Shown piece after piece: positions 9,867 through 19,371 of a stretch of DNA of 64,000 nt. How positions within the stretch are numbered: the stretch's first letter is position 1; every line of letters starts with the position of its first letter. Origin of the DNA: Desulfotignum sp. (lineage in GTDB: Bacteria; Desulfobacterota; Desulfobacteria; Desulfobacterales; Desulfobacteraceae); NCBI GenBank assembly GCA_011389555.1, contig JAABUD010000253.1:5995-69994 (forward strand), given 5' to 3'. The position numbers and the translations under genes were made by a program. Below the pieces are notes generated by a model. The model made no database searches and had not been told where the DNA came from. It saw only the letters and a list, made by a program, of their open reading frames with translations.

Positions 9867-11013
9867 CCACCCCTAAAAACACCAGCATAAAAGGTTCGAT
9901 CATGTCCGTGAGGTTCTTTACGGCCTGGTCCACCTCGTCATCATAGAAATCGGCAATTTTTTCCATCATGGTGTCCAGGGCACCTGTGGATTCCCCCACG
10001 GCGATCATGGAGCAGACCATGGGGGGAAACACCCCGCTTTCCAGCAACGGGTCCGCCATGGACCGCCCTTCGGAAATTCCGGATTTGACATCCTGGATGG
10101 CAAATTCCACAATTTTGTTTCCCGAGGTGCGGCCCACGATATCCAGTGTTTCCAGAATGGACACACCGGATGACATCATGGTGCTGGTGGTGCGCGTGAA
10201 CTTGGCCACTGCCACTTTCCGGATCAGAATACCCATGACCGGCAGCCGCAGAAACAGGTCATCCATGAGGATCCGGCCTTTTTTGGTTTTGTAGAACCGT
10301 CGGACCACAACCACAGTACCGATAATGCCGCCAAGGATATATCCGATATTGGCCACCACAAAATTACTTAACCCCACGACCATCAGGGTCGGGCCCGGTA
10401 ACGCCGACCCCATGCTGGCAAACATCTCTTCAAATACCGGGATCACGAATACCAGGATGATCCCCACCACGACAATGGCCACGATGATGGTGATGATGGG
10501 ATAGGTCATGGCCCCTTTGACCTGTTTTTTCAATTTTGCCATTTTCTCCATGTATGCGGCCAACCGGCTCAAAATGACATCCAGAATCCCCCCGGCCTCA
10601 CCGGCTGCGATCATGTTGACAAACAATTCATTGAAATCGGATGGAAATTTTTTCAGGGCATCGGCAAAGGTGTCGCCGGATTCCACGGATTCCTTGATTT
10701 TTTTCAGATGTTTTTTAAAAGTCGGATTTTCCTGCTGGGCCTGGAGGATTTCCAGGCATTGAAGCAGGGGAAGGCCGGCATCGATCATGGTGGAAAACTG
10801 TCTGGCAAAAATGATGACATCGTTTTCCGTGACCTTGGGCTGAAAAAATTCGATGTTTTCAAACAGATCCTTGGGTTTTTTCTTGATTCTTCCCGGAGTG
10901 ATTTTTCTTCGGACCAGCATATTCCGGACCTGCTCCGGGGTTTCCGCCTCCATTTCTCCTTTGACGGATCTTCCTCTGGGATTTTTGCCTTTCCACAGAT
11001 AAACAGCAGACAT
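9802..11013 (-). CDS. pilC: Type IV pilus inner-membrane platform protein PilC (T2SS F family)
   Basis: RQFSTMIDAGLPL, AGEAGG, VGESTG, EPFML...AMYLPIF. Start reassigned to MSAVYLWKG, which has an AAGGA RBS. Confidence 0.93.
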   Translation of the reverse strand: MSAVYLWKGKNPRGRSVKGEMEAETPEQVRNMLVRRKITPGRIKKKPKDLFENIEFFQPKVTENDVIIFARQFSTMIDAGLPLLQCLEILQAQQENPTFKKHLKKIKESVESGDTFADALKKFPSDFNELFVNMIAAGEAGGILDVILSRLAAYMEKMAKLKKQVKGAMTYPIITIIVAIVVVGIILVFVIPVFEEMFASMGSALPGPTLMVVGLSNFVVANIGYILGGIIGTVVVVRRFYKTKKGRILMDDLFLRLPVMGILIRKVAVAKFTRTTSTMMSSGVSILETLDIVGRTSGNKIVEFAIQDVKSGISEGRSMADPLLESGVFPPMVCSMIAVGESTGALDTMMEKIADFYDDEVDQAVKNLTDMIEPFMLVFLGVVVGGLVIAMYLPIFSMAGGIG

Positions 11014-11164
11014 AACATATCCTTTTATCGGGGTTGTTTGCAGTTGCGGGACCGGCAAACCGGCCCGGCTGCAGATGCGTTTCAACCGGGGGCCATTGAA
11101 TTTGTAAATTCTTCTCAGATAGTCTATATAACATTCGATATTCAATCTCAACAGGAGTTGTGAC

Positions 11165-13837
11165 GTGGTACCCAAAAAAAAAGGCCATACCGCCGAAACC
11201 ATCATTACCAGTCATGTCAATGCGGATTATGATGCCATCGCCGCCATGCTTGCGGCCCAGAAGCTCTATCCGGAGGCCCGGATCATTTTTCCCGGATCCC
11301 AGGAGAAAACCCTTCGGGATTTTTTCATCCATTCCATGGGGTATCTGTTCAACATGGCAGACCCGGCCGCCATCGATTTTTCAGAAACCCATACGCTGGT
11401 GCTGGTGGATACCCGCCAGAAAAACCGGCTGACCGGTGTGAAAGAACTGCTGGAAAAAAACGAGGTGGCCATCCATGTGTATGATCACCATCCGCCGGGA
11501 CCCGATGATGTGATCCCGACCATGGAGATTTTCAAAACCTATGGGGCCACCACCACCATTTTGTGCGAACTCCTTCAGAAAAAAAATATCCCGGTCACCC
11601 CGGAAGAGGCCACGGTCATGGCCCTGGGCATCTATGAAGACACCGGCGTGTTCACGTATGCGTCCACGACCCCGGCAGATTTCATCCAGGCCGGATTTCT
11701 GCTGGGCTGCGGGGCCAGCCTCAATACCATTGTAAGCCTGGTGGTCAGAGAAATCAAAGCGGAACAGATCTCCTGGCTCAACGACCTGCTCAATGAAATG
11801 ACACGGCACCAGATCAACGGACTGGAGGTTCATATCTCCACCATCTCCTCGGCTTCCTATATCACGGACCTGGCTTCCATTGTCCAGAAAGTGACGCGTA
11901 TGGAAAATCTGGAGCTGTATTTTGCCGTGGTACTCATGGGAAACAAGGTGCATATCATTGCCAGAAACCGGATCCCCGAGGTGGATGTGGGCCGGATATT
12001 GTCCATGTTCGGCGGTGGAGGTCATGCCTATGCCGCTTCTGCCAAAATCGAGAACCATACCCTGGCCCAGGTGGAGCACCTGCTCATCGATCAGGTGAAA
12101 AAAGAAACCCGGCAGATCCAGGTGGCCTGTTCCCTGATGTCTTCTCCGGCCATCACCATCGCACCGGGGGCCTCCTGTGAGCAGGCCGGTCAGATCATGA
12201 CCCGGTACAATATCAACACCCTGCTGGTGGTCAATCCTGAAACCAGTGCCTATGAAGGATACATTACCCGCCAGGTGGTGGAAAAAATGTTGTTTCACCA
12301 GCTCAGGGAGCGGCCCGTGGAAGAGTATATGAATTCGGAAGTCACGTCTGTTTGTTCCGATGCCGGCATGGCGGAGATTGAATACCAGATCATTGAAAAC
12401 AAACAGCGGATCATTCCGGTGATCGATGATGGGAAAATCAAGGGGGTCATCACCCGCACGGACCTGCTCAATTTTCTGGTCCAGCATGACAAGGCGGTGA
12501 AACGCACGGATCAGCTGGCGTATAAAAAACAGAACGCCCGGAAACGGCAGATTCGAAATATCATGACCCAGCGGCTGGATGACGAGACGATGGATCTTCT
12601 CAAATCCATCGGAGCGGCCGGCGATGAGCTGGGAATCAATCTGTATGTGGTGGGCGGGTTTGTCAGGGATCTGCTGCTGCACCGCAAAGTGGACGACATT
12701 GACATCGTGGTGGAAGGAGACGGAATCTCTTTTGCCAGACATGTCGCTGAAAAATTGAACTGCCGGGTGAACACCCATAAAAAATTCGGCACGGCGGTAA
12801 TTGTTTTTTCCGAACAGGTGAAAGTGGATGTGGCATCGGCCCGGCTGGAATATTATGATTTCCCCGCGGCCCTGCCCATTGTGGAAAAAAGTTCCATCAA
12901 ACGGGACCTGGCCCGCCGGGATTTCACCATCAACACGCTGGCCCTGAGTCTGAATGCCGAGACATTCGGTACACTGATCGATTATTTCGGGGCCACGAGG
13001 GACCTGAAAGACAAAACCATCCGCACCATTCACAATGTAAGTTTTGTGGAGGACCCCACCCGCATCTTCCGGGCCATCAAGTTTGCCAACCGGTTCGGAT
13101 TCGACATCGGCAAAGTGACCGCCAACCTGATTCGCAATGCCATCAAGGTGGACTGTTTCAAAAACTTGAGCGGCCTGCGGGTGTTGTCGGAACTCAAGCA
13201 GATTTTCAGTGAGGAAGATCCCATTCCCGCCATTCGAACCATGACGGGTTACGGGCTTGAAAAGGTAATTCATCCCCGGCTGGAAATCACGCCGGTTACC
13301 TACCAGATGCTGGAGTCGGCCAACAAAACCCTGGCCTGGCATGACCTGTTGTATGTGGAAGAAACCTACCCCAGATGGGCCGTGTATTTCATGGTGCTGC
13401 TCAACCGGTGCACCTTCAAGGTCAGTGAACAGGTCTGCGACCGGCTCATGATCCCGGCCGGAGAACGGCAGCTGCTGCTGGAAACAAGATACAAGGCGGA
13501 AAACCGGCTCAGCTTCATCGAATCCAACCACCCGGTTTCCCGGCAGAAACTGTACTGGGCTTTGATCAATTTCAACACCGTGTTCATCCTCTATATCATG
13601 GCGTTGACAAAAAACGAGGCGGTCCGCAAAGATATCTCCAATTTCTACACCGATTTCCGTCATGTGACCCCCAGAATCCGTGGCAAAGATCTGATAAGCA
13701 TCGGGGTTGCGCCCGGGCCGGCCTTTACAAAAATTTTAAATGAAGTCCTCAATGCCAGGCTGGACGGAAATCTGGATACCCGGGAAAAAGAGATGGCTTT
13801 TGCCGTGACGTATGCCCGGGAAAACAACATGATTTGA
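11165..13837 (+). CDS. DHH/DHHA1-CBS-tRNA nucleotidyltransferase fusion (CCA/A-adding type)
   Basis: HVNADYDA, YDHH, GGGGH (DHH-DHHA1), CBS pair, VGGFVRD..DIDIVVEGD, DLARRDFTIN, EDPTR. Confidence 0.9.
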   Translation: MVPKKKGHTAETIITSHVNADYDAIAAMLAAQKLYPEARIIFPGSQEKTLRDFFIHSMGYLFNMADPAAIDFSETHTLVLVDTRQKNRLTGVKELLEKNEVAIHVYDHHPPGPDDVIPTMEIFKTYGATTTILCELLQKKNIPVTPEEATVMALGIYEDTGVFTYASTTPADFIQAGFLLGCGASLNTIVSLVVREIKAEQISWLNDLLNEMTRHQINGLEVHISTISSASYITDLASIVQKVTRMENLELYFAVVLMGNKVHIIARNRIPEVDVGRILSMFGGGGHAYAASAKIENHTLAQVEHLLIDQVKKETRQIQVACSLMSSPAITIAPGASCEQAGQIMTRYNINTLLVVNPETSAYEGYITRQVVEKMLFHQLRERPVEEYMNSEVTSVCSDAGMAEIEYQIIENKQRIIPVIDDGKIKGVITRTDLLNFLVQHDKAVKRTDQLAYKKQNARKRQIRNIMTQRLDDETMDLLKSIGAAGDELGINLYVVGGFVRDLLLHRKVDDIDIVVEGDGISFARHVAEKLNCRVNTHKKFGTAVIVFSEQVKVDVASARLEYYDFPAALPIVEKSSIKRDLARRDFTINTLALSLNAETFGTLIDYFGATRDLKDKTIRTIHNVSFVEDPTRIFRAIKFANRFGFDIGKVTANLIRNAIKVDCFKNLSGLRVLSELKQIFSEEDPIPAIRTMTGYGLEKVIHPRLEITPVTYQMLESANKTLAWHDLLYVEETYPRWAVYFMVLLNRCTFKVSEQVCDRLMIPAGERQLLLETRYKAENRLSFIESNHPVSRQKLYWALINFNTVFILYIMALTKNEAVRKDISNFYTDFRHVTPRIRGKDLISIGVAPGPAFTKILNEVLNARLDGNLDTREKEMAFAVTYARENNMI

Positions 13838-13912
13838 TATTGATAAAACCAGCGCTTTATGGTTGAATCCATTTTTTTTTTACATGATTTTTTGATGATG
13901 AAAGACAATCGA

Positions 13913-14923
13913 ATGAAAAATGCAGACTTTTTGACCGGCATCACCACCAGCGGCACCCCGCATCTGGGCAATTTTGTGGGAGCCATCCGCCCTGCCGTGG
14001 CCACCAGCAGGGATCCGAACCTGACCTCGTATTATTTTCTGGCGGATTACCACTCGTTGATCAAGAACCAGGATCCTGACAAACGGCGGCAGTCCACGCT
14101 GGAGATTGCTGCGGCCTGGATCGCTTTAGGGCTGGATCATGACAACTGCGTGTTCTACCGGCAGTCGGATATCCCTGAAATTCCGGAACTGACCTGGATT
14201 CTGACCTGTCTGGCCGCCAAGGGACTGATGAACCGGGCCCATGCCTACAAAGCCCGGGTTCAGGAAAATGAAGCCGCCGGCAACAAAAACCCGGACCAGG
14301 CCATCACCATGGGATTGTTTTCATACCCGATTCTCATGGCCGCCGATATTCTCATGTTCAACGCCGGTAAAGTGCCGGTGGGAAAAGACCAGGTTCAGCA
14401 TCTGGAGATGACCCGGGATATTGCGGCCCGGTTCAACCATGTGTATGAGGACCTGTTTGTTCTGCCCGAAGTGGTGGTGGATGACAACACGGCCGTCCTG
14501 TCCGGTCTGGACGGCCGGAAAATGAGCAAGAGCTACAACAATTTCATTCCGCTGTTTGATACGGAGAAAAAACTGCGCAAAATGATCATGAAGATCCAGA
14601 CCAACTCCCTGGGGCCGGACGAACCCAAGGACCCGGACACCTGCACGTTGTTCTCCATTTACCGGGCCTTTGCCACGGCAGAGGAAACCCGTGCCATGGC
14701 GGACCGGTACCGGCAGGGGATCGCCTGGGGGGTGATGAAGCAGGAGTTGTTCGAATACATCAACGCGCTTCTGACCGAACCCCGGCAGCGGTATGATGCG
14801 TTGATCAAAAATCCAAAAGACATTGAAGATATCCTGATCAAAGGTGCCCAAAAAGCCCGGTCGTTTTCGGTCCCGTTTCTGGATAAGATCCGGTCCGCCA
14901 TCGGGATCCGGTCACTGGGTTAG
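13913..14923 (+). CDS. trpS: Tryptophan--tRNA ligase
   Basis: HLGN, YPILMAADIL, VPVGKDQ, KMSKS. Confidence 0.95.
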   Translation: MKNADFLTGITTSGTPHLGNFVGAIRPAVATSRDPNLTSYYFLADYHSLIKNQDPDKRRQSTLEIAAAWIALGLDHDNCVFYRQSDIPEIPELTWILTCLAAKGLMNRAHAYKARVQENEAAGNKNPDQAITMGLFSYPILMAADILMFNAGKVPVGKDQVQHLEMTRDIAARFNHVYEDLFVLPEVVVDDNTAVLSGLDGRKMSKSYNNFIPLFDTEKKLRKMIMKIQTNSLGPDEPKDPDTCTLFSIYRAFATAEETRAMADRYRQGIAWGVMKQELFEYINALLTEPRQRYDALIKNPKDIEDILIKGAQKARSFSVPFLDKIRSAIGIRSLG

Positions 14924-15655
14924 CCCCTTGATCTCTTCGGGGGTCAAATACCGCCAGGCCCCGGGGGCGAGATTGCCTAAAATCACATTGGCCATTCGGA
15001 CCCGCTCCAGCACCACGACCCGGTTTCCGGTTCTGCCCACCATTTTCCGGATCTGGCGGTTCAACCCCTGTTTGAGTACAATGGTAAAGCTGTTTTTCGA
15101 TATCCGGACCACGTCTGCTTTCCGGGTTTTTTTCCCCTGAAAGATCATGCCCCGGGCCATGGCATCCAGATCCGTGTCCTTGACCGGGCGGGCCGTGGTC
15201 ACCCGGTACTCTTTTTCATGGTTATGGGAGGGATGGGACAGTTTGTTGTGCAGAACCCCGTCATTGGTGAGCAGCACCAGACCCCGGGAATCCTTGTCCA
15301 GACGTCCCACCGGGAAAATCCGGTCCGGCAGGGTCACCAGGTCCAGAATGATTTTGTCTCCGTGTTTCCGGGCGCAGGAGGTGACCACCCCCACCGGTTT
15401 GTTGGCGGCAATATAGATGAACGCATTTTTTTCGGGCAGGCAGACCGGGTTGCCGTCAAACAGGACCCCGTCTGTTTTGGGATCCACTTTGGTGCCCAGG
15501 GTTGTCACCCGGTGCCCATTGACCTGGATGCGGCCGTTGACGATCAAATCTTCGGCCGCCCGCCGGGAACTCACCCCGGCCCGGGCCAGAAATTTCTGCA
15601 GCCGCATCAGCTGGTTTTCAGATTCAGGACCGGTAGTCGGCATTGATTTTGACAT
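14912..15655 (-). CDS. RsuA/RluB-family rRNA pseudouridine synthase
   Basis: S4 domain RLQKFLARAGVSSRR, NKP, GRLDKDSRGL, HEKEY, NRQIRKM. Start uncertain. Confidence 0.92.
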   Translation of the reverse strand: MSKSMPTTGPESENQLMRLQKFLARAGVSSRRAAEDLIVNGRIQVNGHRVTTLGTKVDPKTDGVLFDGNPVCLPEKNAFIYIAANKPVGVVTSCARKHGDKIILDLVTLPDRIFPVGRLDKDSRGLVLLTNDGVLHNKLSHPSHNHEKEYRVTTARPVKDTDLDAMARGMIFQGKKTRKADVVRISKNSFTIVLKQGLNRQIRKMVGRTGNRVVVLERVRMANVILGNLAPGAWRYLTPEEIKGLTQ

Positions 15656-16805
15656 AATTCTCACTGAAATCACAGAAAAGAAAACGATCCGTGTGCATCC
15701 CCAGGTTCAGATCCAGGGTGATGCGGATCTCTTTGGCTTTCATTATTTGAGCCGCGTTTTGTTCCGCCTGTTTCCCCAGCCACCTTCCGTTTGTCACCAG
15801 AGGGACCGAATCAAAATACAGGTCCATTTGTTCCGGGTCCACGGCCGCACCGGACCGGCCGGCTGCCGCCGTGATCCGGCCCCAGTTGGGATCTTCCCCA
15901 TAAATGGCGGTCTTTACCAGACTGGAATGGGCAATGGCTTCTGCCGCCTTGAACGCGTCCTGTTTTGTGGCAGCGCCTTTGATGGTGATCTGTACCAGTT
16001 TGGTGGCCCCCTCCCCGTCTCTGACAATCCGGGTGGCCAGATCCAGGCACACGGTTTCCAGCAGATTCTGAAACACGTCCCGGGAGGCATCGTCTGTAAT
16101 ATGGGCATTACCGGTGCCACCGGCCAGACACAGCAATGTGTCGTTGGTGGAAGTATCTCCATCCACGGTGATGCGGTTAAAGGTTTTATCACAGGCTGAT
16201 GTCAACGCCTGCTTCAGATCTGAAGCGCTGATGCAGGCATCGGTGAGTACATAGGCCAGCATGGTGGCCATGTCCGGCCGGATCATGCCCGATCCCTTGG
16301 CCATACCCATCATGGCGATGGTCTGCCGGCCCTGATCCGTGTCGATATCCGCGGTCATCTCAACAATTTTGGTGGTCAGATCCGTGGTAAGAATGGCGGT
16401 GGCAAAATCTGCCGGTGTGCCGGTATCGATGTGCTGTTTCAGCTGCGGTATGCCGGTTTCAAATTTCTCCATGGGCAACGGGGCCCCGATCACCCCGGTG
16501 GAAGACACCATGACCAGGTCCCGGGGAACGCCGAAGGTGTCTGCCACGATCCGGATGGAACGGCGGGCATCCTTTATTCCCTGCTCACCGGTAAAACAGT
16601 TGGCATTGCCGGAATTCACCAGCACCGCCTGGCAGGCCCCTTTTTGTATCATTTGCTGTCCCAGAATCACCGGGGCCGCCCTTACCTTGTTCCGGGTGAA
16701 CACGGCCGCAGCCGTGGCCGGGTTTTCACAAAGAATCAGTCCTAAATCCTTACGTCCGTTTTTTTTGATCCCGGCATGAATGCCGGCAAACGAAAATCCC
16801 TTCAT
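15624..16805 (-). CDS. argJ: Ornithine acetyltransferase/N-acetylglutamate synthase ArgJ
   Basis: NSGNAN, STGVIG, KGSGMIRPDMATML, DGDTSTND, DGEGATK, DPNWGRI. Start reassigned to MKGFSF. Confidence 0.96.
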   Translation of the reverse strand: MKGFSFAGIHAGIKKNGRKDLGLILCENPATAAAVFTRNKVRAAPVILGQQMIQKGACQAVLVNSGNANCFTGEQGIKDARRSIRIVADTFGVPRDLVMVSSTGVIGAPLPMEKFETGIPQLKQHIDTGTPADFATAILTTDLTTKIVEMTADIDTDQGRQTIAMMGMAKGSGMIRPDMATMLAYVLTDACISASDLKQALTSACDKTFNRITVDGDTSTNDTLLCLAGGTGNAHITDDASRDVFQNLLETVCLDLATRIVRDGEGATKLVQITIKGAATKQDAFKAAEAIAHSSLVKTAIYGEDPNWGRITAAAGRSGAAVDPEQMDLYFDSVPLVTNGRWLGKQAEQNAAQIMKAKEIRITLDLNLGMHTDRFLFCDFSENYVKINADYRS

Positions 16806-16989
16806 TTCAACCGCCTTTTTTCTGGACCCGTCAACAATCCTATATGGCCGATTATTATAGCGTTGGCAACAAAGGGTGTAAATGGATTGACAACGATTAT
16901 TTTCACTGATATTCATCAAACATATACATTCTGTCTTCAGCCGGGTGTTGATTATGCCCGCAAATACGATTACAATACGCCAAAACCAT

Positions 16990-18150
16990 ATGGACACAGT
17001 AAAAATGGAAGATATTGTTCTGACCCATGGCCGGTATAAAAACCTGCACAGTACCGCCTCACTGGGTGAAAAACTTCAGCACCTGCACCAGATGATCCAG
17101 CAGGATTTCGCCTATGTCGACCGTGTTGCCGTTGCGCTGTACGACCGGGAGATGAATGCCTTGAAAACCTTTGTTCAGAGTGCAAAAGATCTGCCGTTGC
17201 AGTTTTATGAGTGCCTGATGGAAAACGCACCCTCCCTGATGGAAATCAAGGCCTTGAAACAAAACCGGCTGGTAAACGATATGACCGTGTTTAAAAACGG
17301 CACCCATGAGCACACCCAGAACATTGCATCCAAAGGCTATCAGGCCAGCTATTCAGTTCCTCTTTTTGATTGTGATGCCTTCATTGGAATGCTGTTTTTC
17401 AATTCTTACCAAAAAAAAGTGTTCAAAAAACAGGATCTGACAACACTGGACCTGTACGCACAGCTGATCAATTCCCTGATGATCAACAAACTGCAATCCA
17501 CACAGATGCTGGTGGGGTCATTCCGTTCCTGTTTGAGTCTGGTCAGTTACAAGGATCCTGAAACCGGAAACCATCTGGAACGGATGGCCCGGTACGCCCG
17601 GTTGATTGCCCGGGCCCTGGCAAAAGAAGGCCATCCCGGCCTGACCGATGAATTCATAGAAAACCTGTTTCTGTTCGCCCCGCTGCATGATATCGGCAAA
17701 ATCGGCATACCCGATAATATTTTGCTCAAACCCGGGCGGCTGGACGAGGAAGAATGGAAAATCATGCAGACCCATTCCAGCAAAGGCAGAGATATTATCG
17801 ATGCCATTGCCGGTCATCTGGGTCTTCAATCCTTTGAACACCTTACCCTGTTACAGAACATTTCCGGGTCCCATCACGAAACCATTGACGGTAAAGGGTA
17901 TCCCGATCGTTTAAAAAAAGAGGAGATTCCCATTGAAACCCAGATCGTTTCCGTGGCGGATATTTTTGATGCGCTGACCAGCCACCGGTCCTATAAACCG
18001 GCATGGAGCAATGATGCCGCGTTTGAAGAACTCAATCGCCTGTCCGGCACCAAACTGAACCCGGACTGTGTCCGGGTGCTCATGGAAAATGAACCTGCAG
18101 TCAAAGAGATTCAACAGCGGTTTGGTGACGATCAGGGTAGCCATGCCTGA
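16990..18150 (+). CDS. GAF + HD-GYP domain protein (putative cyclic dinucleotide phosphodiesterase)
   Basis: ETGNH, LHDIGK, HHETIDGKGYP, DIFDALTSHRSYK; GAF-like N-terminus. Confidence 0.88.
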   Translation: MDTVKMEDIVLTHGRYKNLHSTASLGEKLQHLHQMIQQDFAYVDRVAVALYDREMNALKTFVQSAKDLPLQFYECLMENAPSLMEIKALKQNRLVNDMTVFKNGTHEHTQNIASKGYQASYSVPLFDCDAFIGMLFFNSYQKKVFKKQDLTTLDLYAQLINSLMINKLQSTQMLVGSFRSCLSLVSYKDPETGNHLERMARYARLIARALAKEGHPGLTDEFIENLFLFAPLHDIGKIGIPDNILLKPGRLDEEEWKIMQTHSSKGRDIIDAIAGHLGLQSFEHLTLLQNISGSHHETIDGKGYPDRLKKEEIPIETQIVSVADIFDALTSHRSYKPAWSNDAAFEELNRLSGTKLNPDCVRVLMENEPAVKEIQQRFGDDQGSHA

Positions 18151-18643
18151 CGACACGACCCACAGGGATGAAACACACCCGGCTGAATCCCGGCATTTTC
18201 TGGAAAACTGCCTGTTCTACAGTGTCAACGCATTTGCACGACAACTGCTGAAACTGGCGGAAGCCGGGTTTGCTCCGTTGAAACTCTCTCCGGCCCATGC
18301 GTCGTTTCTTTTGATCCTGTATGAAAACCCGGGCATCAATCCCAAGAAACTGGGCACGTTGCTGCAGCTGACCCCCTCCACCATCACCCGGTTCATCGAT
18401 GCGCTGGCCAAAAAAAATCTGGTGGAAAGAAAAAAAAACGGCAAAACCACTGCCATTTTCCCCACCGACCAGGGGCTGGCACTCAAACCGGCCATTGCCC
18501 GGGCCTACAAAACCTTTTATCTGAACTATACCCGAATTCTGGGCCCTGAAACCGTCCACCACCTGGCCCGGCAGATCAACCGGGCCGGCACCCGGCTGGA
18601 CAAAATTTCAGCACCTGACACCGGTCATGATTCAGACCTTTAA
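18143..18643 (+). CDS. MarR-family transcriptional regulator
   Basis: wHTH LTPSTITRFIDALAKKNLVER, CLFY N-terminus. Start at MPDD overlaps the HD-GYP stop. Confidence 0.85.
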   Translation: MPDDTTHRDETHPAESRHFLENCLFYSVNAFARQLLKLAEAGFAPLKLSPAHASFLLILYENPGINPKKLGTLLQLTPSTITRFIDALAKKNLVERKKNGKTTAIFPTDQGLALKPAIARAYKTFYLNYTRILGPETVHHLARQINRAGTRLDKISAPDTGHDSDL

Positions 18644-19370
18644 ACTGATCATCGAGTATGACGGCACCGGGTTTTCCGGATGGCAGCGGCAACCGGAAAA
18701 ACTCACCATACAGGGTGAGCTCGAAAAGGTGCTGTCCAGGATACTCAACCAGCCCGTCACCCTTGCCGGTTCCGGCCGAACCGATGCCGGGGTTCATGCG
18801 CTGGGTCAGGTGGCCTCTTTTTGTGCCGACACCTCCCTGGCACCCCAGGCGCTGAAAAAAGGGGTCAACCGCCTGATGAAACATCCCATTGCCTTACAAA
18901 GGTGCGACCGGGTTCCCCATACGTTTCATGCACAATATTCAGCGATCTCCAAGGAATACAACTATTACATTTTGAACCGGGAAACTCCCTGTGCCGTGGG
19001 CAGAAACTATGTCTGGCATGTTCACCGGCCATTGGATCTGGACGTGATGAACCAGTGCTGTGCCCTGATCTGCGGTTCCCAGGATTTCAAATCATTTGAA
19101 AATGCGGGATCTCCCAGACGGTCCACGGTCCGGACGGTGTTTCTGGCCCGGATGGACCGGCTGGATCCTGACCGGCGGGTGTTCAGAATCTGCGCCAGCG
19201 GATTTTTGAAAAACATGGTTCGGAACATGGTGGGGACTCTGGTGGATGCGGGTCTTGGGAAAGTGAATCCGTCCGGGTTCCAACACATCCTGTGGGCAAA
19301 AAACCGGTCCCGGGCCGGGGCCACGGCACCGGCCCGGGGATTGTTTCTCAAACAGGTGAACTATGAATGA
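18627..19370 (+). CDS. truA: tRNA pseudouridine(38-40) synthase TruA
   Basis: YDGTGFSGWQ, GRTDAGVHA, FLKNMVR, APARGLFL. Confidence 0.95.
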   Translation: MIQTFKLIIEYDGTGFSGWQRQPEKLTIQGELEKVLSRILNQPVTLAGSGRTDAGVHALGQVASFCADTSLAPQALKKGVNRLMKHPIALQRCDRVPHTFHAQYSAISKEYNYYILNRETPCAVGRNYVWHVHRPLDLDVMNQCCALICGSQDFKSFENAGSPRRSTVRTVFLARMDRLDPDRRVFRICASGFLKNMVRNMVGTLVDAGLGKVNPSGFQHILWAKNRSRAGATAPARGLFLKQVNYE

Positions 19371-19371
19371 A

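Noticed and set aside
11050-11100. GGCAAACC as the start of a c-di-GMP-I riboswitch near pilC
   Set aside because: The downstream GNRA-loop stem and GACGCAAAGC-like segment are missing, and the motif is on the strand opposite pilC.
13913-14923. Possible horizontal origin of trpS (it looked gammaproteobacterial to me)
   Set aside because: An impression only; no compositional break or mobility signature, and it cannot be tested without a phylogeny.
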